A stretch of 64,000 nt of DNA from Gaiellales bacterium (GTDB lineage: Bacteria; Actinomycetota; Thermoleophilia; Gaiellales; JAICJC01), in NCBI GenBank assembly GCA_036273515.1, contig DASUHM010000050.1, forward strand, positions 47,246-111,245, given 5' to 3'. Numbering within the stretch: the stretch's first letter is position 1; every line of letters begins with the position of its first letter. The translations under genes and the position numbers were made by a program. Of this stretch, positions 1-7,701 are shown one piece after another. Under the pieces are notes generated by a model. It was not told the origin of the DNA. It made no database searches and saw only the letters and a program-made list of their open reading frames with translations.

Positions 1-45
1 ATATGCGCGGCGCGCCTTCTTGCCGCGTCCGATCTCAATTTCCAC
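1..45 (-). CDS. IMP dehydrogenase-related protein (GuaB3-like), first 15 codons only; the gene continues off the left edge
   Basis: GTG at 45-43 has GGAGAGG about 9 nt upstream. It translates VEIEIGRGKKARRAY, which resembles the N-terminus I recall for actinobacterial GuaB3-type proteins. Too short to be sure. Confidence 0.3.
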   Translation of the reverse strand, partial: MEIEIGRGKKARRAY

Positions 46-181
46 GCGTGACCGCCTCTCCTCCTGCCCGCGATCCTCCAAAACGCACACGACCCAGGCG
101 GCTGGGGGCCGGCCCGGGTCGTAACGTGAATCGCTGAGCGCCGCAAGCTACTTTCAAAGTTGGGCGCAGTCTACCAGCGGG

Positions 182-1150
182 TCAGGACGCGGCCCGTGTT
201 CCCGCCGGCCTGATCTCCTGCACCTCGACCATGCCGGCAAACCGGGACACGTCGCGGGGATCGAACACGCCCGCGCCCACCGTCTGCGAGTTGGCGGCGC
301 CGCACGCGAGCGCCCGCCGCACGCACTCCTCGGGCTGCTGCTCGGCGGCCTGGGCGGCGACAAAGCCGGCCAGGAGCGACTCGCCCGAGCCGACCGAGGA
401 GACCGCCTCGACCTGCGGGATCCAGGCCCGGTACATCTGCGCCCGCCCGCGCCCGGTGCGCAGCAGCGCGTAGCAGCCGGTGCGCAGCGCGATCAGCACG
501 CTCGCGGCGCCCATCGAGGCGATCTCGGAGAGCCCGTCCTGGAAGTCCTCGTCAGTCTGGAACTCGTGCCCGACGAGCGCCTCCGCCTCGCGCTGCTCCG
601 TCGATACCAGGCTTGGCTGGGCGACGAGTGCCTTGCGCAGCGGCTCGCCGTCGCAGTCGATCACCGTGCGCACCTTGCGCTTCGTCATGTCGGAGATCAT
701 CCCGGCGTAGAGCTCTGTCGGCACCTTGCGCGGCAGGCTGCCGGCCAGCACCACCGTCGATACGGCGCCGCTCAGGTAGTGCAGCTTCTCCCGCAGCATG
801 GCGAGCTCGTCCTCGCCCACCTCGGGGCCGTACTCGTAGATCTCGGTCTGGACGCCGCTCGTCGGGTCGACGACCACCGTCGACGTGCGCGACTCGCCGC
901 GGATGCGGACGAAGTCGTTCAGGATGCCCGCCTCGGTCATCCCGTCGAGAATGTGGCTGCCCGTGCGGCCGCCGGCGAGGCCGGTCGCGATCACGGGCTC
1001 GCCCAGGCGCTTGAGCGCGCGGGCGACGTTCACTCCCTTGCCTCCCGGGATCACGATGCCCTGCTGCGCGCGGTGGCGATGACCCAGCTGGAGGTTCGGG
1101 ACGGTGAGCGTCTTGTCGACCGCGGCGTTCGCGGTCACGGTGAGGATCAT
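182..1150 (-). CDS. pfkB: PfkB-family sugar kinase (1-phosphofructokinase / tagatose-6-phosphate kinase subgroup)
   Basis: 322-aa ORF. It has the MILTVTANAAVDKT N-terminus, GGKGVNVA, and the C-terminal SVGSGESLLAGF...ACGAANS typical of FruK/LacC/PfkB ribokinase-fold kinases. Confidence 0.85.
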   Translation of the reverse strand: MILTVTANAAVDKTLTVPNLQLGHRHRAQQGIVIPGGKGVNVARALKRLGEPVIATGLAGGRTGSHILDGMTEAGILNDFVRIRGESRTSTVVVDPTSGVQTEIYEYGPEVGEDELAMLREKLHYLSGAVSTVVLAGSLPRKVPTELYAGMISDMTKRKVRTVIDCDGEPLRKALVAQPSLVSTEQREAEALVGHEFQTDEDFQDGLSEIASMGAASVLIALRTGCYALLRTGRGRAQMYRAWIPQVEAVSSVGSGESLLAGFVAAQAAEQQPEECVRRALACGAANSQTVGAGVFDPRDVSRFAGMVEVQEIRPAGTRAAS

Positions 1151-1221
1151 CGGCGTGCCACCCTCATCGGCGTCGCCGATTCTATACGCGCTTCACGCCA
1201 AGAAACTGTAAACTTGCAGGG

Positions 1222-1548
1222 ATGTTCGGTACTCGCACCCGCACGATCGTGACCGTCGCGGTCGTGGTCGAGGGTGCGATCGCCGGGTGGGCACTCGGCG
1301 CGGGCTGGTTCGGGCTGCTGGCGATGGTCGCCGCGGTGACCCTCGCCGACACGGCCTGGGGGATCGCCCGGAGGGGCGCGATCGCCGACTTCGCCGGGCT
1401 CGAGGTGGCCCTCGCGCTGGCGGTCATGATCGCCGTCGGCGCCCCGGGCACGATGACCGCGCTCACGGCGGCGGCCTGCGCGGCGTGGGTCATCCGCGAC
1501 GGCCGTTCCGCGCCCGCAGCGACGGCCCGCGCACCAGAAGGGGTCTGA
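1222..1548 (+). CDS. small hydrophobic (membrane) protein, hypothetical
   Basis: 108-aa A/G/V/L-rich ORF with 2-3 TM-like segments. Its last codons (APEGV*) lie inside a repeated palindrome, so the 3' end is uncertain. Confidence 0.4.
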   Translation: MFGTRTRTIVTVAVVVEGAIAGWALGAGWFGLLAMVAAVTLADTAWGIARRGAIADFAGLEVALALAVMIAVGAPGTMTALTAAACAAWVIRDGRSAPAATARAPEGV

Positions 1549-1561
1549 CCCCGTTTGGTGC
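1531..1561. repeat. 31-nt palindromic intergenic repeat GCACCAGAAGGGGTCTGACCCCGTTTGGTGC (REP-like / bidirectional terminator hairpin)
   Basis: Near-perfect dyad centred on T1546, lying between convergent stops (TGA 1546-1548 and TGA 1563-1565 on the minus strand). It is 30/31 identical to 19347-19377. Confidence 0.85.
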
Positions 1562-1562
1562 G

Positions 1563-2351
1563 TCAGGCGCGCGCGGCGAGGGCGACCACCTCGTCGTGCA
1601 GCGGCGAGCCGCACGTCGTCAGACAGGAGCGGTTGTCGGCGATCGGCGAGCCGTCGATCTGGGTGATCGTGCCGCCGGCCTCGCGGACGATCACCTCGAC
1701 CGCGGTCGTGTCCCACGTGTGGACGATCGGGTCGACCATGATCTGGGCGGCGCCGCGGGCCACCAGCATGTGGCCCCAGAAGTCGCCCAGGCCGCGGACG
1801 CGCCAGGCCGACTCGGAGAGCGTGCGGTAGAACGGCTCGAAGCCGTTCTCCTGGGCCGATCGCAGGCCGCCCGAGACGACCATTGCATCGGCGAGCGACG
1901 TCGCGCGGACGCTGATCGGCTCGCCGTTCATGCGGGCGCCGCCGCCGGCCGTGGCCTCGTAGCTCTCCCCCAGGCCGGGCGCGTGGCAGACGCCGACAAC
2001 GACCGCCCCGTCGACCACCAGCCCGATCAGCGTCGCCCAGAGCGGGATCCCGACCATGTAACTGTGGGTGCCGTCGATCGGGTCGACCACCCAGGTCGGC
2101 GCGCCCGGCACGGGCTCACCGCCGCCCGCCGCGTGCAGGCCGTCCTCCTCGCCGAGCATGTTGTGGCCGGGGCGCGCCTCCGCCAGCCGGGCGCGGATCG
2201 CCTGCTCGGCGGCGATGTCGGCATCGGTCACCCAGCTCCCGTCGCCCTTTCGCGTCGCCGGCGGGTGGTGCATGTAGCGCTCGTGGGCGATGCCGCCGCC
2301 GAGCAGGGCGAGCTCGCGGGCCAGCTCGAGGTCGGCGGTCTGGTCGCTCAC
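1563..2351 (-). CDS. hisN: inositol-monophosphatase-family phosphatase, most like histidinol-phosphatase HisN
   Basis: Start set at GTG 2351 (VSDQTADLELA...). IMPase motifs are present: LGEED, WVVDPIDGT, WDTTAVEVIVREAGG. The C-terminal pattern resembles actinobacterial HisN. GTGA overlap with the pyrF stop. The upstream 300 aa of the track ORF is Arg-rich junk. Confidence 0.7.
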   Translation of the reverse strand: MSDQTADLELARELALLGGGIAHERYMHHPPATRKGDGSWVTDADIAAEQAIRARLAEARPGHNMLGEEDGLHAAGGGEPVPGAPTWVVDPIDGTHSYMVGIPLWATLIGLVVDGAVVVGVCHAPGLGESYEATAGGGARMNGEPISVRATSLADAMVVSGGLRSAQENGFEPFYRTLSESAWRVRGLGDFWGHMLVARGAAQIMVDPIVHTWDTTAVEVIVREAGGTITQIDGSPIADNRSCLTTCGSPLHDEVVALAARA

Positions 2352-3226
2352 ACCGCGAGCACGGATCGGCGCAGCTCCGACGCGGCGGTGCGGATGCCCT
2401 GGCGCCAGTCGCCACCGCGGTCGCGCCAGGCGTAGATGACCGAGCGCGACGGCGCGATCAGCCCGCCGGCGGGATGCGTCGCCGTCGCGGCGTGCAGCAC
2501 ATCCGGGCGGCCGCCCTGCGCGCCGATGCCGGGGAGCAGGAGGATCGCGTGCGGCATCAGCTCGCGTGCGCGGGCGACGGCCTCGGGCTGGGTGGCCCCG
2601 ACGACCGCGCCGACCGCGGAGAGCCCGCTCTCGCCGACGTGCTCCTCGCCCCACCGGGCGACGAGACCCGCGAGCCGCTCCCATACGAGCTCGCCGCTGC
2701 CGAGCTCCGCCTCCTGCAGGTCGGCACCGCCCGGGTTCGACGTCCGCGTCAGGATGAAGAGGCCCGACCCCTCGCCGCACGTCGCCAGGAACGGCGTCAG
2801 CGAGTCGCCGCCCATGTAGGCGTTCAGGGTGATCGCGTCGCCGGCCGGCGGGGTGCCGTCGCGGCGGTGCAGCCACGCCTCGGCGTACGCCTCGGCTGTC
2901 GAGGCGATGTCGCCCCGCTTGGCGTCGACGATCACGAGCAGCCCGGCGTCGCGCGCGTGGGCGCAAACGCGCTCGAGCGCGGAGATACCGACGCCGCCGA
3001 GCGCCTCGAAGAACGCCACCTGGGGCTTCACGGCGACCGCCTCGTCGGCGACCGCGTCGATCACGCCGCTGCAGAAGCGCTCGTATGCGCGGGCGCGGCC
3101 GGACGCGCCGGGGTGGAGGCCCGTGATGACCTCCGGCGGCAGCAGGTCGATGCGGGGATCGAGACCGACGCAGAGGCAGCTCTGCTTGCGCTCCACCGCC
3201 TCGGCGACGCGATCTCCGAAGTTCAT
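2348..3226 (-). CDS. pyrF: orotidine 5'-phosphate decarboxylase (type 2, long form)
   Basis: ATG 3226 (MNFGDRVAEAVERKQSCLCVGLDP...). Motifs VGLDP, VDAKRGDI and LLPGIGAQGG are present. 4-nt overlaps on both sides. Confidence 0.9.
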   Translation of the reverse strand: MNFGDRVAEAVERKQSCLCVGLDPRIDLLPPEVITGLHPGASGRARAYERFCSGVIDAVADEAVAVKPQVAFFEALGGVGISALERVCAHARDAGLLVIVDAKRGDIASTAEAYAEAWLHRRDGTPPAGDAITLNAYMGGDSLTPFLATCGEGSGLFILTRTSNPGGADLQEAELGSGELVWERLAGLVARWGEEHVGESGLSAVGAVVGATQPEAVARARELMPHAILLLPGIGAQGGRPDVLHAATATHPAGGLIAPSRSVIYAWRDRGGDWRQGIRTAASELRRSVLAV

Positions 3227-5124
3227 CTCCGCAAGGGTACCGTCCGCCGCAGCCGGACGAGTCGCGCCGTCGCGTCGGACACCGTGGCGGCATCGATGGC
3301 CACCGCGCGCAGCGACGGCGAGGGCCGCGCGAGCGCCGCCGCGACCACCCGGGCCTGGTCGGCCTGCGCCGGCGAGAAGGGCGCCGGCGGGCTGCGCAGG
3401 CCGTGCGCGAGCGCGGCGACGAGGGCGTCGGCCTCGAGGCGGCCGTCGCCCGCGCGCGGCAGCCGCCGCCGGGCGACCACCCGGCCGCCGGCGCACGCGA
3501 ACGACTGCACGAAGCGCTCGTCGACGTCGGGCGCGAGCACGATCCCGCTCCGCCCCGACGAGCGCCGCAGGCGGATCAACGCGCGCCGCCCGCGCTCGAG
3601 CGCCGCCAGCTGATCGCGGGCCGCCGCGGCCTGCTCGTAGCGGCGCTCGGCGGCGAGCTTCCCCATCCGCGCCCGCACCTGCTCCTGCGGTCCGCCCCGG
3701 TCGTCGCCGTCGAGCCATGTCCGGGCCTCGGCCAGCGCCGCGGCGTAGGCGTCGACCGCCGGGCCGCCGCGGCACGGCGCCCGGCACGTCCCGATGATCC
3801 CGGCCAGGCAGGAGCCGTCGTCGACCGGCAGAGCCGGGCGGCACACCCGCAGCCCGAACGTTTCGCGCATGGCCGTGGCGACCGCCTCGGCCTGGGCCCG
3901 CGAGCGCAGCGGCCCGGCGGTGACGTCGCCGGGCCCGCCCGGCTTCGCCGAGACGCGCAGCCGCGGCACCGCCTCGGACAGCGTGAGCACGAGGTAGCAC
4001 GCCCTGTCCGGATCGGCCCCGCGCGTGTTCGCGGGCGGCCGCAGCCGCTCGATCAGCTCGAGCTCGAGCAGCGCCGCCTCGAACTCCGAGCCGAGCGGCC
4101 GCGTCTCGACCCGCGCCGCCGCCTCCACCGCCCGCTCGACCTGCGCCCGCAGCGCCCGCCCGGTGAAGTACGACCGCACCCGGGAGCGCAGGTCGGTGGC
4201 CTTGCCGACGTAGAGGACGCGCTCCGTCGCGTCGCGGAAGAGGTACACGCCCGGCCCGGTCGGCACCCCCGACGCCAGCGCGCGACGGCCGGACACGCGC
4301 CGCTGCGCCGGCGCGCACAGGCCGATCACCTCGCCCACCGTCGCGGCGCCGTGCTCCTGGGCGACGCCGAGCAGCCGCAGCAGCACCTCGGCGGTGGCCT
4401 CGGCGTCGGGCAGCGCCCGGTGGCACGGACGCACCTCGGTGTCGAAGCGCTCGGCCAGCGTCGCGAGCGCCATCCGCGGCAGCCGGTCGCCGATCAGGCG
4501 CCGCGCCAGCGCAACCGTGTCGATGACCGGCGCCGCCAGGCGCCCGCCGCGAAGCCGGCGCAGCTCGGTGTCGACGAACCCGACGTCGAAGCGGGCGTTG
4601 TGCGCGACGAGCACCGCGCCGGCGCTGAAGCGCAGGAACTCGGCCATGACGCTCTCGATGCGGGGCCGCCCGCGCACGTGGGCGGGAGAGATGCCGGTGA
4701 GCGCGGTGATCGCCGGCGGGATCGGCACGAGCGGGTCGACGAGCCGCTCGAGCCGGGCGACCGGCTCGAGGCCCGAGAGCCGCACCGCCCCCACCTCGAC
4801 GATGCGCGACTCGCCGGGCCGGGTGCCGGTGGTTTCGAGGTCGAAGACGACGTAGTCGGCCCGCTCGAGCGGCGCGTCGAGCAGCGACCCCGACGCGTCC
4901 TCCCAGTCGGCCAGCACGACCTCGTCGCCGGAGCGCCAGGCGAAGCGGGCGTCGGCCTTGATGACCTCGTCGACGAGCTGGCGAACGAGCGCCGCGGGGG
5001 CGCTTCGCAGCGCGAAGAGGCACGTCGCTGCGTCGGCGATCGAGAGCGGCCGCCCGGCCTCGGCCAGGCGGGCGTGCAGGCGGTCGCCGCCGTCGAGGGT
5101 GAGCTGGGCGCCGTTGGCTCGCAT
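3223..5124 (-). CDS. DEDD (DnaQ-like) 3'-5' exonuclease fused to a GIY-YIG nuclease domain (Cho/UvrC-N-like)
   Basis: Exonuclease motifs: VVFDLETTG, VAHNARFDVGF, HRALPDAEAT. These are followed by the GIY-YIG core GVYLFRD...VLYVGKATDLRSRVRSYF. Start is taken at ATG 5124 so that the LexA box lies upstream; ATG 5142 is the alternative. Confidence 0.85.
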   Translation of the reverse strand: MRANGAQLTLDGGDRLHARLAEAGRPLSIADAATCLFALRSAPAALVRQLVDEVIKADARFAWRSGDEVVLADWEDASGSLLDAPLERADYVVFDLETTGTRPGESRIVEVGAVRLSGLEPVARLERLVDPLVPIPPAITALTGISPAHVRGRPRIESVMAEFLRFSAGAVLVAHNARFDVGFVDTELRRLRGGRLAAPVIDTVALARRLIGDRLPRMALATLAERFDTEVRPCHRALPDAEATAEVLLRLLGVAQEHGAATVGEVIGLCAPAQRRVSGRRALASGVPTGPGVYLFRDATERVLYVGKATDLRSRVRSYFTGRALRAQVERAVEAAARVETRPLGSEFEAALLELELIERLRPPANTRGADPDRACYLVLTLSEAVPRLRVSAKPGGPGDVTAGPLRSRAQAEAVATAMRETFGLRVCRPALPVDDGSCLAGIIGTCRAPCRGGPAVDAYAAALAEARTWLDGDDRGGPQEQVRARMGKLAAERRYEQAAAARDQLAALERGRRALIRLRRSSGRSGIVLAPDVDERFVQSFACAGGRVVARRRLPRAGDGRLEADALVAALAHGLRSPPAPFSPAQADQARVVAAALARPSPSLRAVAIDAATVSDATARLVRLRRTVPLRR

Positions 5125-5125
5125 A

Positions 5126-5139
5126 CGAACACATGTTCG
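5126..5139. promoter_or_regulatory. LexA (SOS / Cheo) box CGAACACATGTTCG
   Basis: Perfect CGAAC-N4-GTTCG dyad in the short divergent intergenic region, 1 nt from ATG 5124 of the DnaQ/GIY-YIG gene. Confidence 0.6.
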
Positions 5140-5169
5140 CATACGCGACGGACGATTAGGCTCCTCCCG

Positions 5170-6117
5170 GTGTTAAGGATCTTCGCCAGCATGCCGCTGC
5201 GCGGCCCGGCCGGTGCGACCGGACGCGACATCGTCCGCGGGGCCGAGCTCGCGCTCGGTCGATCCGCGGCACCCGGCGTCGAGCTCGTGACCCGCGACGC
5301 CTGGGACGAGGATCGCGACGCTTGCGCGGTCGCCAACGCGCGCCGGGCTGCGGCCGACGCGACCGCGGTCGCATACCTGGGCGACTTCCACTCCTCCCAG
5401 GTCGAGCGCACCGCGCCGATCCTGTCCGCTGCGGGGCTCCTCCAGGTGGCGCCCGGGGCGACGTACGCCGGACTCGGCGGCCCGACGCTCGTGCGCCTGA
5501 TGCCCGACGACCGGGCGCTCGCGCGGGGGATCGCGGGGTGGGTCGCCGGCGCCGGGCTGCGCAGCGTGCTCGTCGTCCACGACCACGACGACGGCTACGG
5601 CGTGCCGGTCGGCGGGATGTGCCTGCGGGCGCTACGGGACGCCGGACTGGATGCGCGCGCCCGCCCGGTGTGGGATCACGACGAGCGGATCGCCGCCGAC
5701 CTCGAGGGCGCCGACGCGGTGCTCTATGCCGGCGTGGCCGGGTCGGGCGCCGCGGCTCTCTGGGGCAACCTGCACCGGCACGGTCCCGGACGCTGGCTGC
5801 TCGCCACCGACGGCCTTGCGGTCGACGGGTTCGCGCGGGAGCTCGACGCCCACGCGGCCGAGCGCACCCGCCTGTTCACGTCCCAGCGCGCGCCGTGGGG
5901 GTTCTACGGCTACGAGGCGGCCGCGCTGATCCTCGACGCGATCGCGGAGGCCGGCGGCGACCGCGCCGGGGTCGTCGGGACCGCACGGACCACGCGCGAC
6001 CGGGAGTCGATCCTCGGCCGCTATTCGATCGACGCGGGCGGTCTCACCACGGCTCCTGCCGACGGCGTCCTGGCCATCGTCGAGGGAGAGATCGTCTGGG
6101 AGCGACGCGCGCCTTGA
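5170..6117 (+). CDS. type-I periplasmic-binding-protein-fold protein (LivK/Peripla_BP_6-like) without a signal peptide
   Basis: Motifs: PLRGPAGATGRDIVRGAELAL, VAYLGDFHSS, FYGYEAAALILDAI. GTG 5170 restores a first beta-strand (LRIFAS); ATG 5191 is the alternative. No signal peptide or lipobox is visible. Confidence 0.65.
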   Translation: MLRIFASMPLRGPAGATGRDIVRGAELALGRSAAPGVELVTRDAWDEDRDACAVANARRAAADATAVAYLGDFHSSQVERTAPILSAAGLLQVAPGATYAGLGGPTLVRLMPDDRALARGIAGWVAGAGLRSVLVVHDHDDGYGVPVGGMCLRALRDAGLDARARPVWDHDERIAADLEGADAVLYAGVAGSGAAALWGNLHRHGPGRWLLATDGLAVDGFARELDAHAAERTRLFTSQRAPWGFYGYEAAALILDAIAEAGGDRAGVVGTARTTRDRESILGRYSIDAGGLTTAPADGVLAIVEGEIVWERRAP

Positions 6118-6124
6118 AAGCGTG

Positions 6125-6160
6125 CGCCGGGCCGCCCGCGGCGCAGCGGGCGGCCCGGCG
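6125..6160. terminator. bidirectional hairpin between convergent genes
   Basis: 15-bp perfect inverted repeat CGCCGGGCCGCCCGC / GCGGGCGGCCCGGCG with a 6-nt loop, between the stops at 6117 (+) and 6170 (-). No U tract. Confidence 0.6.
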
Positions 6161-6169
6161 GGCAGGTTC

Positions 6170-6448
6170 CTACTGCTTGACCGCGGCCTTCAGCTGGCTG
6201 CCGGCAGAAAACTTCGGCACCTTGCTGGCCGGGATGGTGACTTTCTGGCCAGGGTTGCGCGGGTTCACGCCGGTGCGCGCCTTGCGTGCCTGCACGCTGA
6301 ACTTCCCAAAACCGGTGAAGGTGACCTCGTCGCCCTTCTTGAGCGCGTCCTTCACGGAATCGAGCACCGCGTCGAGCGCCGCGCCGGCGTCCTTCTTGGA
6401 CAGTCCGGACCTGGTCGCCACGGCGTCGATAAAGTCGCTCTTGGTCAC
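6170..6448 (-). CDS. hup: nucleoid-associated DNA-binding protein HU
   Basis: GTG 6448 directly follows AGGAGG. 92 aa with the classic GFGKFSVQARKARTGVNPRNPGQKVTIPASKVPKFSAG arm. Confidence 0.93.
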   Translation of the reverse strand: MTKSDFIDAVATRSGLSKKDAGAALDAVLDSVKDALKKGDEVTFTGFGKFSVQARKARTGVNPRNPGQKVTIPASKVPKFSAGSQLKAAVKQ

Positions 6449-6541
6449 GTGTCCTCCTGGGTCGTTTGTCCGGGAACCTGTGAAGCGGCCACACCCTATC
6501 ACCGCGGTCGGACGGCCACAATCGCCCTACCGGAGCCAGTT

Positions 6542-7099
6542 TCAGGCTGTCTGAGGGGTCGGCGTGAGGCCGAGGGATTCGACGGTGAAGAGGGCGGCGT
6601 ACGGCACGCCTTCTGCGGCGATCGCCTCGGCGCCCCCCTCCTGACGGTCAACCACCGAAATTGCAGCACAAATGTCGAGATTTTCAGCTCGCAGAGCGGC
6701 AATGGCGGACAGCAGCGCACCGCCCGACGTGACCACGTCCTCGATCACGCAGACGGCCGTCCCCGGCGCCCAGACGCCCTCGAGACGATTGCCCGTGCCG
6801 TAGTCCTTCGTATCTTTTCGCACGATCACGAACGGCATGCCGGACTCGATCGAGGCCGCCGCCGTCAGCGGCACCGCGCCCAGCTCGGGGCCCGCCAGAA
6901 GCGCCGCCTGGGGCGCATGCTCGCGCACCATCGCGGCCAGCTCGCGGCCCAGCCCGGCCAGCAGCTGCGGGTCGGTCTCGAAGCGGTACTTGTCGAGGTA
7001 GTAGCGGCTGCGCCGGCCCGAGCGCAGGACGAAGTCGCCCTCGAGATATGCGCGCTCCACCAGCCGGCGGCCGAGCTCGGCCCGGCCGGACGACGTCAC
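6542..7099 (-). CDS. pyrE: orotate phosphoribosyltransferase
   Basis: 185 aa. Motifs: GDFVLRSGRRSRYYLDKY, and the PRPP loop VCVIEDVVTSGGA. Confidence 0.92.
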   Translation of the reverse strand: MTSSGRAELGRRLVERAYLEGDFVLRSGRRSRYYLDKYRFETDPQLLAGLGRELAAMVREHAPQAALLAGPELGAVPLTAAASIESGMPFVIVRKDTKDYGTGNRLEGVWAPGTAVCVIEDVVTSGGALLSAIAALRAENLDICAAISVVDRQEGGAEAIAAEGVPYAALFTVESLGLTPTPQTA

Positions 7100-7302
7100 C
7101 CGGCCTCCGCCAGCAGGTCGCGGGCGATCGGCAGCAGGCGGTCGGCGTCTGGGGCGCCGGTCGCCAGCGAGAGCATCGAGCCGTCGTCGAAGTAGAGGTC
7201 GACGCGGGTGCGGTTGCGGGCGCTGCGGCGGCGGTAGAAGATCGTGCCCGCGAAGGAGCCCGCGCCGATCAGCGCGCCGATGATGATCCGGCGCTTAGGC
7301 AT
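7096..7302 (-). CDS. small single-TM protein, hypothetical
   Basis: 68 aa with an N-terminal TM (RRIIIGALIGAGSFAGTIFY) and a soluble tail. ATGA overlap with pyrE, and an 8-nt overlap with the upstream Roadblock gene. Confidence 0.5.
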   Translation of the reverse strand: MPKRRIIIGALIGAGSFAGTIFYRRRSARNRTRVDLYFDDGSMLSLATGAPDADRLLPIARDLLAEAG

Positions 7303-7684
7303 CGCCGCTCTCCCCCGCGTCCGCCGGCGCCGCCGCCGCTCCGTCGTCGTCCAGCTGGCGCAGGAGCGTCTTCAGGTCGTAGAACACGAGGCCGACCGTC
7401 GGGTCGGCGCCGGTCGTCGCGACGGCCATGCGGTCGCCGTCGAGCACCACGAACACGCTCCCGTCCGGCGTTGCCGCCTGGAGCTGGGAGAGCGCGTCGC
7501 GGCCGAGATCGGCGCGGACGGTGTCCGCGCCCGCGACCAGGTCGCGGGCCAGCCCGCCGAGCCGCTCGGCCCGGTCGCCCTCGACGGTGGAGGCGGTCAC
7601 CGAGCCGTCCCGGGCGGCCACCATGATCACGTCGATCTGGGTAGAGAGGCTGCGTAGCTCGTCGATCGCGGCGGCTGCATCCAT
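7295..7684 (-). CDS. Roadblock/LC7 (MglB-like) domain protein
   Basis: Start at ATG 7684 (MDAAAAIDELRSL...). Robl_LC7 pattern: ...VIMVAARDGSV...SVFVVLDGDRMAVATTGADPTVGLVFYDLK. Confidence 0.6.
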   Translation of the reverse strand: MDAAAAIDELRSLSTQIDVIMVAARDGSVTASTVEGDRAERLGGLARDLVAGADTVRADLGRDALSQLQAATPDGSVFVVLDGDRMAVATTGADPTVGLVFYDLKTLLRQLDDDGAAAAPADAGESGDA

Positions 7685-7701
7685 CGAGTTGAACCTAGCA
7701 C

